Source of the DNA: Chiloscyllium plagiosum
Taxonomy: Eukaryota
Assembly: GCF_004010195.1 (NCBI RefSeq)
Contig: NC_057757.1
Coordinates: 4,584,807 to 4,648,806, forward strand
DNA length: 64,000 nucleotides
Reading direction: 5' to 3'
Every line of letters begins with the position of its first letter. Position 1 is the stretch's first letter. The notes beneath the pieces are model-generated. The model saw nothing but the letters and a program-made list of their open reading frames with translations. It did no database searches and had not been told where the DNA came from. This document shows, piece by piece, positions 35,968 to 49,914 of the stretch. The translations under genes and the position numbers were made by a program.

Positions 35968-36980
35968 GAAATCCTGACAGTGCAGGTAGAGGCCATATGC
36001 CTCGCTGAGTCTGCACTGACCCTCCAAAGAGTGTCCCACCCTAACCCAGCACTTCCCCTGTAACCCTGCATTTCCCATGGCTGACCCACCTAGCCTGCAC
36101 ATCCCTGGACACTTGGAGCAATTTAGCATGGCTAATCCACCCTAAGCTACTCATCTTTGGAGTGTGGGAGGAAACTGGAGCACCCAGAGGAAACCCACAC
36201 AGGCACTGGGAAGTCCTACAGCGTGGAGACAGGCCCTTCAGCCGAAACTGGCCCATGCTGACCAAAATGACCAATCATGCTAATCCCATTTCCCTGCACT
36301 TGGCCCATATCCTCCTTATCCTTTCCTATCCACATATTTGTCCAAATGCCCTTTAAATGTTGTTAATGTACCTGCCTCAATCACTCCTCAGCCAGCTCAT
36401 TCTGTATGCATACCACCCTCTGTATAAAAAGTTTCCCCTCGGGTTCTCTTTTATTCTTTCCCCTCTAACCTTAAACTGCTGCCCTCTGTTCCTTGATTCT
36501 CCAACCCTGGGGAAAAAGACTGAGTACATTAACCCACCATGCCTGTCATAATCTTAAACACCTCTATAAGATTCTATCTCCGTCTCCTACGCTCTTTTTA
36601 AAAAAAAGTCTCAGCTTGTCCAGCCTCTCCCTATAACTTGGACCATTGAGTCCTGGCAACAAGCTTGTAAATTTCTTCTGCATTCTTTCCAGTTTAATCA
36701 CATCCATTCTATAGCAAGGTGACCAAAACTGAACCTAATGCTCCCAAGTCTGGCCTCAACAACATCCTGTATAACTGCAACATAGCTCCTCAACTTAACG
36801 CCCTGACTGATGAAGGCCAGTGCCAAAAGCTGCCTTCACTGTCCTGTCTACCTGTGACCCCACTTTGAGAACCGTGAACCCGAACTACAAGATCCCTCCA
36901 CGTAAACAGTCGTCCGAGGGTGGAATCGAACCCAATTCCCCGGCGCTGTAAGGCCCCAGTGTGGACCACTGAGCTGCCCA
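35968..36980 (-). mobile_element. HE1 SINE (35968-36210 and 36895-36980) interrupted by a CR1-like LINE 3' fragment (36215-36895)
   Basis: SINE core stops at ~36210 and the head resumes at ~36900 (GGAATCGAACCC..ACCACTGAGC); LINE RT remnants lie between. Confidence 0.8.
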
Positions 36981-38209
36981 GATCTGGATATCGGGCAGAG
37001 TTTTGGGCTCCTTTAACTGAGCGAGGATGTACTTTGGCCAAGGAAGGTTGCAATCACTGATTGGAAAGTCCATTGCCATTCCCTCTATCAAATTCCCGAG
37101 TGGGATCGGAAATGGGGCGTGAGGTCCTGATTTCTGAGGCCACTGCCAATCCCTGCCCCTATTTACCCTGCTGTCATCTCCCCAAACCCTCCCCACTCTG
37201 CTAGCACAGGAGGGTCCGTAACAGCTTGCAGATCGCAAAGTTGAATGTCCTGGGCAGGCAGAGCGGAACAGGGCTGTGCCCTCTGGGATTTGGAGGAACG
37301 TGAGGTGGTGCCCACTCCTGTTGGTGAAGAATACCCAGGGTGGAGGGGTCGGTCATTTCACATTGAGATGAAAAATGTGACACATGGGAATTCCCTACCC
37401 CAGAGCGCTTTGGTTGTTCAGTTATAGAATGCTGGATATGGAGGGCACAGAGAGATACAAAGGTGTTCCAGGATCAGCTGTGATTGTGTTGAGGACTCCC
37501 ATCTCCCAAGTGTTTCATGAGATACAGCTGGGTGTGGGCTGGGCCAGTATTTATTGTCTGTGTGACAATACTTTGTAAGGTATATTCTGTCCTGTTTGCT
37601 CTGAAGAGAGGTTTTAAGTCAGACGCACTGAGCTACATATTTGAATCCATTAGAGTCAACAGCTTGTGAGGCCTTGGTTTTTTTTTTAAAAGAGTTGAAA
37701 CAATAGAAATGGCCTGACTGGGTGGGGTCGCACTCCCACAGAACTAGGATATTTTGGTTGAACCTTTTTCAGTAGCAAATGCTGGGGTCTTGGATTTGGA
37801 AGCTGCGGCACATCTCTCCTCGCTACTCTCTCAGTTTTTTCTTGATTTTTTTTTTCCTTCCTGGACTGGAGAATTGGATGTGCGACAATTTATTTTACTG
37901 AATTTGCCTTTGCCAAGGGTGTGTTTATGGGATGTTATTATGTTGGAGCAGTTGATCTTTAATATTTAAATAATCTATTATTCCAGTCAGTTTTGCAATA
38001 GTGTTGTTATTCCAAGTTTGTTCTTTTGTTTGTCTTTTAACTAGTGTTGGAATAAAATGTGTTTTGCTTCAAGCCTGGAAGTTGGCCCAATTGAAATTGC
38101 ATTCAGAACACAATGCTTGGCACTAGCCTTTAACATAAGAAAGAGCTAAGGTGTACGCTGTTGTCTTAATGTGTTTTGAGAGGGGGTTTGGTCTGGTCCA
38201 TAACACGTG

Positions 38210-38810
38210 TTGCTGATTTCCCAGAGGAGTAGTGGTGAGCTACCACCTTGGGCCACTGCACTCTTGACCCCCACACAGCGCTATAACAGAGAGGATTCCA
38301 GGCTTCTGACCCAGCAACACTGATGAAACCGTGATTTATATTTTTGTGTGGTGTTCCCTTGTACCTGCTGCCCTTATCCTTCCAGATGGAAGGTTTGGAA
38401 GATGCTGTCTGAGGTTGTTTGGTGAATTTCCGCAGTGCATCTTGTAGATGGTGCACGTTTGAGCATTGGTAGTAATTACGTGGACTGCTTTGTCCTGGGT
38501 GGTGTCAAGTTTCTTGTGTTGTTGGAGCCCCCCCCCCCCCCCATCCAGGGCAAGTGGGGAGTATTCCTTTACACTCCTGTGTTGTGCCTTGTTGATGGTG
38601 GACAGGCTTTGGGGAGTCAGGAGGTGAATTACTCGCCGCAATATTCCCAGCTTTTGTAGCCATTTAGTGTTTATGTAGTGAGTCTGGTTCAGTTTCTCAT
38701 CACTGGTAATCCCCAGGATATTGATAGTGAGGAATTCAGTCATTCAGTAATACATTATGAGGCAGCGGTTATGGTCCTTGTCTGGCATTTGTGCAGCGTG
38801 TATGTTACTT
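38210..38810 (-). mobile_element. CR1/L2-superclade LINE fragment
   Basis: INILGIT.DEKLN...LGILRRVIHLLTPQSLSTINKAQHRSVKEYSPLA..KLDTTQDKA. Confidence 0.85.
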
Positions 38811-39611
38811 AGACTCAAATGGTATTCTGGAGATAGAACATAACCCTTCTAACAATCTTCAAGTTCCAATAGTATTTAACTCTTTCAGGTGCAGATGATG
38901 TGTAAAAACATGACACAAAGTGGCTACTGAAATGTGATTCCTGCTGCTCAGCCTGTTGGTTAGAACAAAGAGTAATGATTAATGTGGAACTCACTCCCGC
39001 CTGGAGTAGTTGAAGTGGGTAGTATTGATAGAAAGACCGGAGCAAAGGAGGAGACCACTCAGCCCCTCGATGAGATCGTGGCTGACCTGTGGCCTTACTC
39101 TTAATACCTCAGTTGCGCAAAAACCTACCTAGCTCAGAATTAAAATTAGCATTTGATCCAGCATACAGTGCCGTTTGTGGGAAAGAGTTCCCACCCTTTG
39201 TGTTAAAGTGCTTCCCAACGTCTCTCCTGAACAGCCTAGCCCTAATTCTCTGACTCTGCCCCTTAGTTCTGGAATCTGCCACCAGCAGAAACTGTTCCTT
39301 TTCCTGGTAAAGACTTGAATCAGATCCCCCCTTCACTCATAAATTTGAGAAATGTTGTGTGGTCTAAAACCATTCTAATTTGTAAAGACTCCTCGTAAAC
39401 TAACCTCTGAAGTCCCAGTATTATTCTTTTTAAACCTACATTGCCCACCTACCCCCTCACTCCCCTGCCTTCCAAGGCCAAATATATCCTTCCTATGGTG
39501 TGCTGCCCAGATCTGCTCTCTACTGCAAGTGAGGGTCTAATAAAGGTTTTGTATCACTGCAGGATAACCTCTGCATCCGTGTGGGGGGTGGGGGGGAGGG
39601 AGGCAGGGAGG

Positions 39612-39940
39612 GAGGTGTGACTCTGTGGTTAGCACTGCTGCCTCACGGCGCCAGGCACCCAGGTATGATTCCAGCCTCAGGCAACTCTCTGTATGGAATT
39701 TGCATATTCTCCGTGTGTCTGCATGGGTTTCCTCTCCACAGTCCAAAGATGTGCAGGTTAGGGTGGATTGGCCATGTTAAATTTCCCCGAGTGCCCAGGG
39801 ATGTACAGGTCAGGGCGGATTAGCTTTGCATATTAGCAGAGCTATGGGGATAGGGGGTTTGGGTGAGATGCTCTTCAGAGGGTCGGTGTGGACTCAATGG
39901 GCTGAGTGGCCTGCTCCCACACTGTGGTGGTTCTATTTGA
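39612..39940 (+). mobile_element. HE1-type SINE
   Basis: Head, core and tail. Confidence 0.85.
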
Positions 39941-41249
39941 TGATATTGAGATATCGTTGCATTGCTGTTCACAGCATTCTAAAGATGCATTTCAGGGCCA
40001 GATGGGATAAGCAGGCAAGGTAGAACGGGAGGCTTGCAGGTTGAGATGAAAAGGGAGGGCTGTGTGGAGATTGATGCAAAGGTCAGAAGCACCAGTATAG
40101 CACAGCTGGGCCGAGTGGCCTCCTCGTGTGTACTGTCTTTTTTTTTGATGCTACGCTGCTTGGAAATGTGCAAACTCTGGACCCGATTTTGAAACATGCC
40201 ATCCATCTCTGATGCACAGCAGTGTCTGAGGGACATCGACTCGTATGTTATCTTGACTGAACTGTGCAGGAAAAGTCGTTGCTGATGGAGCTCTGCCTGA
40301 GGAGATACCGGAACTTTTTTGACGCTGCGTGAGCTGACTGCGAGGCAATTTGTCCCACTCTTCCTTTTTCTTTACTCTGTCTCCCAGCAGCTCAGTGGCC
40401 TGAGCAACATGTTCACCCTGACACTGTGAGATGATGCTAGACAGGAAACTGAACAGAGGAGCACTAGATCAGATTATTGTTCAAAATGCAGGTTGGTGTG
40501 TTGTTTTTTTTTTTGAAAACGCCAAAAGCAATTGAAACGTCAAACCGGAAGTCCTCTGTCTCTTCCTGGTTTTCTAGATCAGAGGTTTGCAAATTCCAGC
40601 CCCACTCCCAGAGAGCTGAACCCCCAGGTTCTAGGCTGATTCCTCTGGTTGCTGCACTGGGAGGGTGCTACACTGTCACGGGAAACGTTGTTTGGCAGGT
40701 GATGATCCGAGGCACTGACTGCTCTCCAGGCTGGAGGTTGCTGTTTCAAAAAGGCAAGCAAGGGAAACCCTCCTTCTGAGGCACCTTGGGTTTGTGAAGC
40801 CTGTATCATTTGTGCCAAAAAGGCTTCTCCCACTTCCACCTTCCTCAGGTTAAGCCACCACCAGTCCTGTGTCACCAGAGAGAGTGGTTGTAGAATTATA
40901 GAATCCCCTGCAATTATAGAAGCAGGCCGTTCGGCCCATCGAGTCCACACCGACTCTCCTGACTGCATCTCACCCAGACCCACCACCCCTCCCCTAGCCC
41001 TAACCCTACATTCCCCATGGCTAACCCATCCAGCCTGCACATCCCTGCGATTTCCATCCTCTGAGCTTAAGGTAACTCAGATGGATGGACCCTACCACCT
41101 TTTCACCTTTTATCCTTCAGATCTGGGATGCACTGCCTTTAAAATGTGGTGGGGACAGCCGAGGGGCAATTTGTTGGTTATTTGGCTAGAAACAGTGTTC
41201 AGAAATATCTTGAAAATGCAGGAGATTTTTGAAAACTCCATTCATGTGA

Positions 41250-41785
41250 TAAATGTTAAGCCAGCATTTATTGCCCATCCCTAATTGCCCAGGGAGCAGT
41301 TGAGAGTCAACCACATTGCTGTGGGGTTTGGAGTCACATGGGCCAGACCAGGTAAGGATGGTAGATTTCCTTCCCTAAAGGACATTAGTGAACCAGATGG
41401 GGTTTTCTGATGGTGGACAATGGTTTGATGGTCATCATTAGACTTTGAATTCAAGATTTTTATTTAATGCAAATTCCATCATCTGCCATGGAGGGATTCA
41501 GACCTAGGTCATCAGAACATTACCTAGGTCTCTCTTTTTTTAAATTCACGATAATTGCCCAGAGGTACCCACATTGCCGTGGGTCCAGAGTCACATGTGG
41601 GCCAGGCCAGATAAGGGTGGCAGTTTCCTTCCCTGAGGGACATTAGGTTGGGTTTTTTCTGACAATCGACAATGGATTATTGGATCATCATTAGACTCTT
41701 AATTCCAGATTCTGTATTGAATTCAAATTCCACTGTCTGCCATGACAGGAATCGAACCCGCGTCCCCGGAACGTTATCGTGAGTT
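41250..41785 (-). mobile_element. Two tandem copies of a second tRNA-headed SINE sharing the L2-like LINE tail
   Basis: GCCAGCATTTATTGCCCATCCCTAATTGCCC tail; CCACATTGC..GGAGTCACATG..CCTTCCCTAAAGGACATTAG body; B-box-like GGAATCGAACC; other copies at ~20005-20200 and ~27600-27755. Confidence 0.7.
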
Positions 41786-42129
41786 GGTATTAGAGAAAAG
41801 AGATCATGCTGAATGGGCTCCTTCAGCGCTGCATTAATACAGTGGGACCTTCTGTAGATTCGCTACCTCTTGCTTGAGCATTTCTGTGCTCATCTACAAC
41901 ACCAACCCACATCATTTCCTTCTCCTCCTCCACCTCCCCCCTCTCCCCCCCCCCCCACCCCCCCCAACACATCCCCTAGTATTTATTCCCGTCACTGAAT
42001 GAATGCACGACACCAGTTGAAGTAGTCATGGTCTTCTCCAATTCCTACCATTTCTTGCCTGAACCATCTGTGAAAATGCTAGCCCTTTTTCCTGGTGATG
42101 TCAATTGATGCTGCTTCAGGGGTTTAAGC

Positions 42130-44690
42130 ACAGGAGATAAGAGCTGGGGAGGCCATTCAGCCCTTTGAGCCTGCTCCGCCATGCATCACAATCATGGCTG
42201 ATCATCCAACTCAAGCCTAATTCTGCTTTCTCCCCATAACCTTTGGTCCCAGTTGCCCCAAGTGCTATATCCAGCCGCCTCTCAAATACATTCAATGTTT
42301 TGGCATCAACTCCTTCCTGTGGTAATGAATTCCACAGGCTCCCCGCTCTGTGGGTGAGGCAATGTCATCTGACCTCTGTCCTAAATGGTTCACCCTGAAT
42401 CCTCAGGGTGTGACTCCAGGTTCTGGACACACCCACCATCGGGAACCTCCACCCTGTGTCCTCCCTGTCTAGGGAGAAAGTGAGGGCTGCAGATGCTAGA
42501 GATCAGAGTTTGAAAAGTGGTGCTGGAAAAGCACAGCTGGTCAGGCAGGTTCCAAGGAGGAGGAGTTCTTCAACTTTTGTTGAAGAGCTTTTGCTTGAAA
42601 TGTCGACTCTTCTGCTGTTCGGATGCTGCCTGACCGCTGTGCTTTTCCAGCACCATACTTTGTGAATCTACCCTGTCTAGCCTAGTTAGAATTTTATAAG
42701 TCTCTGAGATTCCCCCTCACTCGTTTAAACTCCATTGAAAATGATCCTAACCTCGTCAATCTTTCCTCATACGTCAGTTCCGCCATCCCCTGGAATCAGC
42801 CTGGTAAACCCTCGCTGCACTCCCTCAGGAGCAAGAGCATCCTTCCCCAGAAAAGGAGACCAAAACTACTGTCAATATTCTAGGTGTGTCCTCACCAATG
42901 CTCTGTATAATTGCAACGCATCCCTGCTTCTGTACTCAACGTCTCTCAGTGAAGGCCTACACCCCATTTGCCTTCTTTACCACCTGCTGCTCCTGCATGT
43001 TCACCCTTCCGTGACTGGTGCACAAGGACACCCAGATCCCACTGCACACTCCCCTCTCCCAATATACAGCCATTCGGGTAGTAATCCACCTCCTTGTTTT
43101 TGCTTCCAAAATGAATAGCCTTACACTTATCCAAATTATACTGCATCTGCTATTGGTTTGCGACTCACTCAAACTGTCCAGATCATGCTGGAGGACCTCT
43201 CCATCCTCGTCCTGGTTTACCCTCCCACCCAACTTGGTATCAGCTGCAAACTTTGAGATGTTAACATTTTGTTCCCTCATCTAAATCATTGATATATATT
43301 GTGAATAGTTGGAGTCCAAGCACTGATCCCTGTTGCATCCCAATAGTTGTTGCCTGCTGATTTGAAAAGGACCCATTAATTCCTACTCTGTTTCCTCTCT
43401 GCCAACCAGTTTCCTAGCCATCTCAATACACTCCCCCCAATCCCATGCACTTTAATCTTGCATAATAATCTCTTGTGCGGGACTTTCAGAAAGAGTTTTA
43501 CAAAGTCCAAATATACCACATCAACTGCCTACCCCTTGTCACCTCTATTAGTTACATAGGGTCATAGAGATGTACAGCATGGAAACAGACCCTTCAGTCC
43601 AACTTGTCCATGCTGACCAGATATCCCAACCCAATCTGGGCACCTGCCAGCACCGGCCCATATCCCTCCAAACCCTTTCTATTCATATACCCATCCAGAT
43701 GCCTCATAAATGTTGCAATTGTACTAGCCTCCACCACTTCCTCTGGCAGCTCATTCCATACACGTACCACCCCCTGTGTGAAAGAGTTGCCCCTTAGGTC
43801 TCTTTGATATCTTTCCCCTCTCACCCTAAACCTATGCCCTCTAGTTCTGGACACCCCCCACCCAAGGGCAAAGACTTTGTCTATTTATCCTATCCATGCC
43901 CCTCAAGGCTTTATAAACCTCTAAGATCTTGATAGCATTCCAATAGACTTGTCAAACACAGTTCCCCTTCATAAATCCATGCTGATTCTATCTGATCCAG
44001 CTTTCTAAATGCTCTGCCATAAAGTCCTTGATAACAGATTTGGCAATTTTCCCCACAACCAGTGTTAGGCTCACTGGTCTATAATTCCCTGGTTTCCCTC
44101 TACCTCACTTTTGGAATATTGGAGTGATATTAGCTAGCCTCCCGTCTGCAGGGGCTCTTCCACCAGAGTCTATAGAATCTTGGAAGGTGATCACCAATAC
44201 ATCCACTATGTGGGCGTCTAGAGCCACGTCCTGAGATGTAGATTATCAGCCCCTGGGGATTTATCTGCCTTCAAGCCCCTCAATTTTCCCAGCACCATTT
44301 CTCTACTAATATTGATCCCCCTCAGTTCCTCCCTCACACTAAATCTTGCTGCCTTCTTCATTCCTGGTATCTGATTTGTGTTCCCCTTTTGTGAAGACAG
44401 AGGCAAAATATGTATTTAGTTGCTCAGCTGTCTCTTTGCCCCCTATTATACATTCCCCCATTTCTGTCTGACCTCCATTTGTCTTCACTAATCTCTTTCT
44501 CTCTCCACGTACCTATAGAAACTTTTAATGTCAGTCTTTATGTACCCCTGCAACCTTGCTTTCACACTGTATTTTCCCCTTCTCAATCAATCCCTTGGTC
44601 CTTCTCTGCACCCAATCCTCAGACATATTGCATTTCTTGGCCAATTTCTGTTTCTTCCTTGGATCGACTGCTGTTTCTAATTTCCTCCTA
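42130..44690 (-). mobile_element. Decayed CR1 LINE with nested Penelope-like fold-back (42473-42670) and nested HER1 3' fragment (43555-43925)
   Basis: ISKFAADTKLGGRV..LQHDLDSL; EMVLGKLRGLKADKSPGADNLH; PLE flanked by CCCTGTCTAG at 42463-42472 and 42671-42680. Confidence 0.88.
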
Positions 44691-45189
44691 AGCCCTCTTC
44701 CCCCGTCTCCCCGGTCTCTTTCCCCCCCCCCCTTCCCATCTCCCCCGACACAGCAAGGCTGGTTGTGGCACTAAACGTGCTCCACAACTCCTCACCCCCA
44801 CCTCCTCAAAGCGCCGTGGTGCTCTGTTTGTCTGACCCTCTCCGGGATCCTGTGGAAAGCTACACTACGCACTGGCAGAGGTGATTGCTCCCTCACTGCT
44901 TCTGCTGACTGTAAAAGCCTTTTTTTTCTGTTATTGGGAGATGCTCCTGGATTCTATCCGATATCATTTGGACGTGACTGTGGGAAAGTCTCCTCGGTTT
45001 ATTTTCTCCTTTCACCCAGGGCTGTGATGCTGTTGGCTCTGCGTTAAATTGGGTTTTTACCCTCACCCTCTCGTGCCCCCGACCTGAGGTTATTTACTGA
45101 CTTTTAACCTATTTGGAGATGTTGCAATTCACACTGTGAAGCAAGTGGGACTTGAACCCAGGCCCCCGGCTCAGAGTGAGGGACACTGC

Positions 45190-45690
45190 CCCAGTGGTTA
45201 GCTCTGCTGCCTCACGGCACCAAGGAGCCAGGTTCGATTCCACCCTCAGGTGACTGTCTGTCTGTCTGTCAGGAGTTTACACATTCTTTCCCCCCCATCC
45301 TTCCCTGCGTCTGTGTGGGTTTCCTCCGGGTGCTCTGGCTTCCTCCCACGTCCAACATTGTGCAGGTTAGGGTGGATTGGCTGTGCTAAATTGTCCCATA
45401 GTGCCCAGAGATGTGCAGGTTAGGGTGGATTGGCCAAGCTGAATTGTCCCATAGTGCCCAGGGATGTGCAGGTTAGGGTGGATTGGCCGTACTGAATTGT
45501 CCCATGGTGCCCAGGGATGTGCAGGTTAGGGTGGATTGGCTGTACTGTATTGTCCAATAGTGTCCAGCGATGTACAGACTAGGTGGGTTAGCCATGGGCA
45601 ATGGTGGGTTTGAGTGAGATGCTGTTCTGAGCATCAGTGCAGGTTCGACAGGCCGAATGGCCTGCATCCACACTGTAGGAATTCTGTGGT
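45190..45690 (+). mobile_element. HE1-type SINE with internal tandem expansion
   Basis: 4-5 copies of TGTGCAGGTTAGGGTGGATTGGC..TGCTRAATTGTCCCATAGTGCCCAGGGA. Confidence 0.88.
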
Positions 45691-46681
45691 AGTGTGTTCC
45701 TTTGACAAGATGCACTGTGGCAACTCGAGTGTCCTCCACCAGCATCTTCCCAACCCACGCCTCTCTTCCCACTACTGAAGGTGCACTGAGAACCAATCCG
45801 CTCCAAGTCATTCACCATCCTGACTTGGGAATATATCGCTATTCCTTCAGTGTGGCCGCGTCAAAATCCTGGGACACTCTCGCTTTAGTAGGCTGGAACA
45901 ATTCAAAGCAGCACCTCCCCTCCCAGGAGGACTTCGGGATGGGCAGTAAATGAGACCACTTAACCTGAGACAACTGCATCTCTCAAAAGGTTTGGAAGAT
46001 GGAATCTTCATGTTGTTGATCTTCTCCCATCAACCTCCTTTCTCTCCATGTCCTTCATTCTCAACTGATCAACCAAAAAGCTCTGAGGATAGAGATTTCC
46101 CCTGAGTCACATTTCTTGTCTCAATATGAAATGACCGACCCCTTTACCCTGGATATTCCCCACCAACAGGAGCTGTCGCCACCTTGTGTTCCTGCAAATC
46201 CCAGCGAATGTAGCCCCTTTCTACACCGTCTCCCTGCCACGGACAGTACTTTCCAAACCGTTTCCCAATGTGAGTCCAATTTTGTGATGTAAGAGTTTGC
46301 AAGCCCTCCGGACAAGGGTGGCAGATACATGGGAACACCACCCCCCTGCAGGTCACCCTCCAAGCCCCTCCCCATCTCCACTTGGAAACATATCGGCCGT
46401 TCCTTCAATGTCGCTGGGTCAGAATCCTAGAGCTCCCTCCCTGATGGCCTCCCCCACCTTCTCAGGGGCAGTCAGCAATGGGAAGACATTGCTGGGCCCT
46501 TGTCAGTGATGCCCACATCCTGTGAAAGAATATTTTTTATATAAAAAAAAACACACACAAAATAAGCGTATTCTGTTTCATCACCTGTGTTTTGTATACC
46601 GGGAGCATAGACAACATCTTGTTGACTTCGAGTTACCAGATACCAAGGGAAGAAACACTGAGCTGGGCAGGGGTTTGGGTT

Positions 46682-47005
46682 CCAGGGATGTGCAGGTTAG
46701 GGTGGATTGGCGGTGCTGAATTGTCCCATAGTGCCCAGGGATGTGCAGGTTAGGGTGGATTGGCCATGCTATTTTGTCCCATAGTGCCCAGGGATGTGCA
46801 GGTTAGGGTGGATTGGCGGTGCTAAATTGTCCCATAGTGCCCAGGATGTGCAGGTTAGGGTGGATTGGCCGTGCTAAATTGTCCCGTTGTATCCAGGGAT
46901 GTGCGGGAGAGCCATGGTTAATACAGGGATAGCTGATTGGAGGGTCAGTCTGACTCAATGGGCCAAATGGCGCCTCTTCTGCACCATAGGGATTCTATGA
47001 TTCTT
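46682..47005 (+). mobile_element. HE1 SINE 3' half with internal tandem expansion
   Basis: At least 4 copies of the same ~51-bp unit, then the tail. Confidence 0.88.
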
Positions 47006-47817
47006 AATTTTGTTTCTTATGCCCATGCATTGTCAGCGTCAAGTAGTTTGTTCTCATTTGGCCCTGCACTGTTGGCCAAGTTCTTGGGGTGGTGGGGATG
47101 GGGAGTTGGTGAGCTGGCTGGCCTGTAAGGCGATCACTGCCCAGCTCTTCCCGGTTGCATGGCTGATGGGGACGTATGGGAGGCTTTGCCATCTGACCTT
47201 GTGGTTTCTATCGTCACTAACCTACAATAATCGGTGTCTGCTCAATCTTCGCACTGGGATGTGATGTGGTGGTTAATGCCAGGCCCAACCCCTGAGCCCA
47301 GTGCAGAAGCGCTGCAGAGATACCAACCCCAATCTTACCAACTCTGCCAGTCAGACCATGCTGAGAAATATATGGGTTTGAGAGCTGTTCCTCCACACCC
47401 CTTCCTTCCTGTTTCCCCTCCCCCGCAAGGGTTGGTGATGGATTCCTGCTGTGGGAGGGACAGAGAGTGAATCAGATGATAACTCTGCCACATCACAGTG
47501 ATTAGTTGTTAGGGTGGGAGGGGAAAGGGATGTTAGTGAACGTAACCAGTCACTGGAAACGTGACAATGTCCTATCACCTGGGAAAGGGAGCTCTGTATT
47601 TCCCCTTCTCCTCTTGGGGGTCGTCTCCACCATCCTCTTGACCTCATTTCTCTCTACTTCCCCCACCCTCGCTCCCTTCTCGCCCTCTATCGCTCCCTGT
47701 CCTCACCCTCGCTCCCTCTCATGCAACCCCATGCTCCCTCTGGCCCTTGCTTCTCACCCCACCTGGTCTTCTCACCCACACTCCCACACCCCCCCCCAAT
47801 TCCTCCTCTCTCCCTCA

Positions 47818-48639
47818 NNNNNNNNNNNNNNNNNNNNNNNNNNNNNNNNNNNNNNNNNNNNNNNNNNNNNNNNNNNNNNNNNNNNNNNNNNNNNNNNNNN
47901 NNNNNNNNNNNNNNNNNNNNNNNNNNNNNNNNNNNNNNNNNNNNNNNNNNNNNNNNNNNNNNNNNNNNNNNNNNNNNNNNNNNNNNNNNNNNNNNNNNNN
48001 NNNNNNNNNNNNNNNNNNNNNNNNNNNNNNNNNNNNNNNNNNNNNNNNNNNNNNNNNNNNNNNNNNNNNNNNNNNNNNNNNNNNNNNNNNNNNNNNNNNN
48101 NNNNNNNNNNNNNNNNNNNNNNNNNNNNNNNNNNNNNNNNNNNNNNNNNNNNNNNNNNNNNNNNNNNNNNNNNNNNNNNNNNNNNNNNNNNNNNNNNNNN
48201 NNNNNNNNNNNNNNNNNNNNNNNNNNNNNNNNNNNNNNNNNNNNNNNNNNNNNNNNNNNNNNNNNNNNNNNNNNNNNNNNNNNNNNNNNNNNNNNNNNNN
48301 NNNNNNNNNNNNNNNNNNNNNNNNNNNNNNNNNNNNNNNNNNNNNNNNNNNNNNNNNNNNNNNNNNNNNNNNNNNNNNNNNNNNNNNNNNNNNNNNNNNN
48401 NNNNNNNNNNNNNNNNNNNNNNNNNNNNNNNNNNNNNNNNNNNNNNNNNNNNNNNNNNNNNNNNNNNNNNNNNNNNNNNNNNNNNNNNNNNNNNNNNNNN
48501 NNNNNNNNNNNNNNNNNNNNNNNNNNNNNNNNNNNNNNNNNNNNNNNNNNNNNNNNNNNNNNNNNNNNNNNNNNNNNNNNNNNNNNNNNNNNNNNNNNNN
48601 NNNNNNNNNNNNNNNNNNNNNNNNNNNNNNNNNNNNNNN
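47818..48639. other. assembly gap (822 N)
   Basis: Run of N flanked by C-rich low-complexity DNA. Confidence 1.
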
Positions 48640-49914
48640 AAGCTGTCGCTCACTCCCTACATTCCCCATTCCTCCCTTCCCCACCCCTCCTCTCGCCCTC
48701 ACTGCCTCCCTCCAAACCTCCACTCCCCGCTTCCTCACTTCTGCCACCCTCCGTTACCCCACCCCTCCCTCCCTCCACCCCCTACCTTATGACTAGGGTA
48801 GAGGAGTTGGAGGAGTGATCTAACTAAAATGTGTAAGGTTCTTGGTGCAGGAGGTGGTGGTGGGCTGGATACTGGCAAGGTACCTCTTTGCTCTTTGCCC
48901 CCTGCCCTTTCAACTGGCAATCTGAAAGCCAGGTGTTTGGCAACACAGCGTTCCAGGTGGAGATGAGGGGAAATTGTTTCCACGTGGGAGGACCTTTTTG
49001 GAATTCTCTGCCCGAGGCGATTGGTGAAGTTCACTTCCTGTCTATATTCAAAACTCTGCTCAGTGGGGACTTTGGGAAACAGAGAAGGCAGAGCTGAGCT
49101 GTTGCTCTGACAGTGTTCAGTGAGCTCGGCCTGGATGGGTTACTCTCCATCCCTTTTCCTGTTCTGAGTCCAACTTGAGATGAGTTGACACCGTGCCAAC
49201 AAAGATCTTTCTCGATTGTTGTGGGTCCCCTCATCCCGGTGCGATCTATCACTGTCTGGGCTGAGACACTCTTTCCAATTACTCTGAGTATAAGCCAGCG
49301 TGTTGATAAAGGCCAATAAATTGCTTTTAATTGTTTCCATTGTTTCCATTGAATAATTACTCAGCGCACGCAGCCCCATGCTGATGCACAAACCTGACCT
49401 GTCCAAAACACTCCGCTCGCTGCTGTGAAAGATGGGGGCAGTATGGCTCGAATTGGTTAAGGGGTCTCGAGGCATGCTGGTAGTGTCCCTCCCTCTGAGC
49501 TGGGAGATCTTCATTCAAGACCCTCCCCCCCCCCCCCCCCCAAGGCAATTCCCTTTGGAAAGTCACTAATGGATCTCCTACTGCCATGCGTCAGAGTCCT
49601 GGGAGATCTCTATTCGACCTCCCATTCACCAGAGGCGTCTTATAAGCTGGATTTAAAATATTTCCGAGAGGCCACCCTACAGTTGTGCAGAGGGTGTGTT
49701 TCTGGGCCCCACAGCCATGAGGTGAGCGGGGAGAACATACCCTTCCTTTGAGGGAATTTGATTCAGCAGCATGTTAGCCGAGCCAAGCTCCAGGTCTGAA
49801 ATGAAGAGAAACCATTCTAGTCTTGCCATCAACGTCCACATCCTGTGACCCAGTAAGGTCACAGAGCTGCTGGTTGGCCCGGTGCTAGTTTCTGTACCTC
49901 TTTGCCAGAAGCTC

